Positions 60,173-63,288 of a stretch of 63,288 bases of DNA are shown here, in pieces. Position numbers and translations under genes: made by a program. The stretch's first letter is position 1. Every line of letters begins with the position of its first letter. Below the pieces are notes generated by a model. The model had not been told where the DNA came from, searched no databases, and saw nothing but the letters and a program-made list of their open reading frames with translations. Source of the stretch: a virus (Duplodnaviria > Caudoviricetes); IMG/VR virus record IMGVR_UViG_3300027833_001748, positions 1 through 63,288 of that record. The stretch is one strand, 5' to 3'.

Positions 60173-61286
60173 TTTCGTCAGGATGCCAACTAGCTTTTAA
60201 TAATATTTTACGATCTGCTTTTTGGGTAAAGTTTAATCTTACAACATCAATATGTTTTTCTAAGTTAGATACTAACTTATCTTGTGCTGATATTCTTTTT
60301 CTTAATGAATACTTTGCAACAGTACCTTCATAACAAAATACATTTGACAAGTTAACAAACGTTTTTAGTTTAGGATCTATGTGATCTAGTAAATTTAAAT
60401 CTTCAAGCAAGTTTGTTTTAACAAATTTGTAATTTACATTTGCTTTGCGAGGACAGTTTTCTCTCCAGTAATCTAAAGCCTTTTGATTATAATCATAAAA
60501 TATAACAGTGCCTTCGTTAACTAGATCCGAGTACAGTGTACCACTAGCAGGAATAACAACTTGTTGGTATTCACCGTAATTACCAGTAGACCATTCTGTA
60601 TTATCTGTATGTACAAATTCTTCTTGGCAATAATTAAATTTTTCGTCTATATATTTTACATGTTCGTAATAGTCTTTTTCGCTTTCTGGATAATAATGTT
60701 TTTTACTATTACGGATAGCTTCATTAAACACAACAATAGGTAAATTCTTCTCAAATGCTCTGTTTAAAATTTGCCACCCATGTTGTAAATCATTATAGGT
60801 CTTTTTCTCTGTACCTTTGCTTACTGACATAGGCGTATAATCATCATGATAGTTATCTTCACTTCTAATAGGTTCTAATAGAGTATGTGGCATATTCCTT
60901 TCTTGAGATCCAATTTTAGGCATTCCTGCTTTCATCCAATGCTTCATGTTAATTACATAACACTGTCGATGTAACTCGTAATATGCATTATGCATTGTTC
61001 TATCTAGTATATGCCCGGCTATAAAAAAGTCTGTTTTTACAAGTTCGTCTAACGCATCAAAAAAAGCAGTACCATTAATAAATTCTGTACCTGGACTTAT
61101 AACAACACAATAATCATAAATGCGTTGAGACTGTATCACATCGTCGATGTTATCGGTAATTTTTACTACGTATCCCTTAGTCATAAGATTTGATGCTGTG
61201 TAATCAGCAAGATTTATTATTGTATTTCTAATGTCATCATTAGCATATGTTTTAGTATCGTCATGAATTACAAATGATATTTTCAT
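60153..61286 (-). CDS. Hypothetical protein (possible GT-A-like N-domain plus Rossmann-like C-domain)
   Basis: 377-aa ORF downstream of rSAM 6; AGHILD...YELHRQC.VIN; IFYDYN...NLSNVF. The domain call is weak. Confidence 0.7.
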   Translation of the reverse strand: MKISFVIHDDTKTYANDDIRNTIINLADYTASNLMTKGYVVKITDNIDDVIQSQRIYDYCVVISPGTEFINGTAFFDALDELVKTDFFIAGHILDRTMHNAYYELHRQCYVINMKHWMKAGMPKIGSQERNMPHTLLEPIRSEDNYHDDYTPMSVSKGTEKKTYNDLQHGWQILNRAFEKNLPIVVFNEAIRNSKKHYYPESEKDYYEHVKYIDEKFNYCQEEFVHTDNTEWSTGNYGEYQQVVIPASGTLYSDLVNEGTVIFYDYNQKALDYWRENCPRKANVNYKFVKTNLLEDLNLLDHIDPKLKTFVNLSNVFCYEGTVAKYSLRKRISAQDKLVSNLEKHIDVVRLNFTQKADRKILLKASWHPDETIGSLV

Positions 61287-62190
61287 CTTTTATTTCCTTC
61301 GTTAATGGTATGTCTGCAACACACGTACAAAATTTACGTGTGCAAATAATTGCTTCACTTGGCGGTTCAAATGTATTGTTATATATGTTACCTAAACTAC
61401 CGCCTACTCTGCAAGTGGCACGATGTACTTCACCGTCCCAATTAATCATCAAACTTTCTAATCCTGCATTACAACTCCAACCTTTAAACTGATTTAGTTT
61501 ATGTTTAATAACATCATTGGCGTGAATCAAAGTTTCTCCGTCAACAACACAATTTGCCTTTACAGTTGCAGTTTTGCTTAGTATCCATTTTAAGTCTTTT
61601 TCCTTGTAGCGCATATCATCAAACCAATCACGGTCTTCTGCTTCTGTCCATCTAATACGTCTACAAACATACGGAACGTTATGACCATCTAATAGATTTG
61701 CAGCAGCTCTAACTTCATCCATGTGTTCGTGATGACACATTAGGTTAACTTGTAATAGCGTATCCTTGCTTTCCATTTCAAGTAACTGTGTATATCTAAC
61801 AACATTTTCTGCTGCTCTTCGAGAATGTTCGTTATCAAAATGCAAACTAAACACCCATTGGTCTACTGGTTGTTTAATATACCATTCAGGAGAACGTAGT
61901 GCATTAGTTGTAACACTTAGCCAATGCAGCCTAGCATTAGCACATTCTAATATATCATTAATTTTAGGATGTACAGTAGGCTCGCCACCTGTTAAACTTA
62001 ACCGTATAGGTTTATTAAACTTTTCTAATTCGTAAATAGTATTAACCATTGTATCTAAGTCAGTATGTGGTGAAAAGTTATCGTGTATTTCTGCAGGGCA
62101 ATATGCACAATCTAAGTTACAGCGTTTACCTATATTCCATTCAACATGAATACTAGTATGATGACCCCATCGACTTTCTACTTTAAACAT
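61261..62190 (-). CDS. Radical SAM enzyme 6, C-terminal twitch-like domain (FKGWxCN type)
   Basis: CNLDCAYC, TGGEPT, FKGWSCNAG...ATC...CTRKFCTC. Start moved to ATG 62190 (8-nt overlap). Confidence 0.92.
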   Translation of the reverse strand: MFKVESRWGHHTSIHVEWNIGKRCNLDCAYCPAEIHDNFSPHTDLDTMVNTIYELEKFNKPIRLSLTGGEPTVHPKINDILECANARLHWLSVTTNALRSPEWYIKQPVDQWVFSLHFDNEHSRRAAENVVRYTQLLEMESKDTLLQVNLMCHHEHMDEVRAAANLLDGHNVPYVCRRIRWTEAEDRDWFDDMRYKEKDLKWILSKTATVKANCVVDGETLIHANDVIKHKLNQFKGWSCNAGLESLMINWDGEVHRATCRVGGSLGNIYNNTFEPPSEAIICTRKFCTCVADIPLTKEIKDENIICNS

Positions 62191-63288
62191 ATGAAGTGAA
62201 CTCTGGGTTAGCAGCAAGAAAATCTTGTCCACGAGTTTTATCTAACCGCTTGTTAAACTCTATACAGTCTTGCCAATGTGATTTATACATGCATTTTGCT
62301 TGTAAGAAATTTATATTGTCTTGTATTTGCTGTAGTGTAACTTTTTTAAGCAATTCATTTTCTTGTACTAGTGAATATGTTAATACAGTTTCTTTCATTG
62401 CTTCAAGTTTAGTAATAACTTGTTGTTTTAATTCTGGAGGCAATACTTGTGCAGATAATGCCATTGGATAGTTTACTCTATGTGAATAAAATATAATACC
62501 CATGTCTTGTAAAAAGTATTCAATAACTTTATCTATTTGCATAATATTGTTTGCTTGTACAGTAAACGCACCTACAACCCTGCTTACATTAGGAAAGCTC
62601 TTAAATATTTTTACATTTTTTTCTATTTCACTAAACTTGCCGTTGCCTCTAATGTACTCGTAAATGTCATGTACACCGTCTATGCTTACGTTTACTGCTA
62701 CACTTTTAAACTTAGGCCAATAGTCGTGTATAGTACGTCCGCCTTTAATACCTAGTGTAGTGCCGTTTGTAGCATACTTAATTTCGATGTTGTCACCATA
62801 CTCTGCAAGTTTGTCTAGTATTTTGTAGTGGTATGGATCCATTAACGGCTCGCCACCTGCAAACTCTACACGTCTAAAGTACGGTAACAGTTTTTCAAAA
62901 CTTGTCCACCAGTTGTCTGAATTATCAAACGGACCAATATACTGTCCTGGTTTGTTTACTAAGTTTTCAACTGTAGGTACAAGGTAGTTATTTTCTTTTT
63001 TATAAAATTCTGTAACTTCGTCCCAATCTTTCCAACTAGTACTATCTAGCGGGTTACACATGCGACACTTTAAGTTACATAGATTGTTAAGTTTAATTTC
63101 CATAGTAGGAAATTCAAATGGCATTTTGTAATCGTCGCCTAACGTATCAAGTGCATCAGGATACAAGTTTATACGTGCTTCTGGTATAACACCTGCTGTA
63201 TGACGCTGTCGTAAGCTCTCTACACCCTGATCTTCAAGGTCGAAGCACGGCTTACATACATCAGGACGCTCGTCATTAAGTACTTGTC
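62183..63288 (-). CDS. Radical SAM enzyme 7, N-terminal twitch type; 5' end lies beyond the window
   Basis: CNLKCRMC, AGGEP. The frame stays open to the window edge (QVLNDERPDVCKPCFDLEDQGVESLR), matching the CxxC of rSAM 1 and 4. Confidence 0.92.
   Translation of the reverse strand, partial: QVLNDERPDVCKPCFDLEDQGVESLRQRHTAGVIPEARINLYPDALDTLGDDYKMPFEFPTMEIKLNNLCNLKCRMCNPLDSTSWKDWDEVTEFYKKENNYLVPTVENLVNKPGQYIGPFDNSDNWWTSFEKLLPYFRRVEFAGGEPLMDPYHYKILDKLAEYGDNIEIKYATNGTTLGIKGGRTIHDYWPKFKSVAVNVSIDGVHDIYEYIRGNGKFSEIEKNVKIFKSFPNVSRVVGAFTVQANNIMQIDKVIEYFLQDMGIIFYSHRVNYPMALSAQVLPPELKQQVITKLEAMKETVLTYSLVQENELLKKVTLQQIQDNINFLQAKCMYKSHWQDCIEFNKRLDKTRGQDFLAANPEFTSYV

Noticed and set aside
110-62755. The many 60-177 aa ORFs nested in or antisense to long genes (e.g. 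336-659, 3209-3580, 6890-7423, 31944-32405, 34593-35042)
   Set aside because: They are shadows of well-supported genes, mostly antisense in codon register, with no recognisable motifs. Only 55140-55349 was kept, because of its compositional anomaly.
62183-63166. ORF-track start at 63166 for the last rSAM
   Set aside because: That codon is an internal TTG. The frame is open to the window edge and includes the conserved CxxC, so the real start is outside the window.
43149-63288. RiPP cluster (SPASM rSAMs acting on a precursor peptide)
   Set aside because: No small precursor ORF, PqqD/RRE domain, peptidase or exporter is visible and there is no intergenic room for one. The neighbours are sugar enzymes. 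A substrate outside the window cannot be excluded.
43149-63288. rSAMs as QueE (7-deazaguanine DNA modification), NrdG, MoaA or viperin
   Set aside because: No queC, queD, folE, dpdA, nrdD or moaC in the window, and the auxiliary Cys domains and sevenfold expansion do not fit these single-copy functions.
1-63288. CRISPR array, tRNA/rRNA genes, introns, inteins, homing endonucleases
   Set aside because: The largest intergenic gap is about 84 nt and is filled by promoters. No repeat-spacer pattern, split gene, or LAGLIDADG/HNH/GIY-YIG or intein motif was noticed.
1-63288. Stop-codon reassignment as seen in some large phages
   Set aside because: Genes tile the window under code 11, and TAG (2307, 50636) and TGA (44534, 47144) end genes at normal junctions.

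Overview
This is a gene-dense, AT-rich segment of a large T4-related (jumbo-type) myovirus genome in genetic code 11, with no intergenic gap long enough for RNA genes or CRISPR arrays. It has three blocks. (1) 1-3155, minus strand: gp46/gp47 recombination nuclease and a gp55-like late sigma factor, with near-consensus sigma70 promoters in front of gp47 and gp55. (2) 3240-38796, plus strand: a baseplate/tail operon with tube-initiator-like, gp53, hub, gp5/VgrG spike carrying a C-terminal VgrG3-type muramidase, gp25, gp6, a 5122-aa structural protein, three paralogous tail fibres and two more paralogous virion proteins. A recurring TAAATA late-promoter motif sits in its gene junctions. (3) 38809 to the window end: a cluster of about 24.5 kb, opened by a sigma70 promoter, with seven radical-SAM enzymes, six glycosyltransferase-like proteins in three paralog pairs, three SGNH-like proteins, UDP-glucose dehydrogenase plus an ArnA/UAXS-like decarboxylase, a methyltransferase, and a cupin / nucleotidyltransferase-kinase / SdhL-like / GatZ-like cassette. 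Block 3 is the best candidate for an undescribed system: a phage-encoded pathway that builds a glycan and tailors it by radical chemistry, probably on the virion or the host surface. All functional calls come from motifs read by eye; no searches were run.
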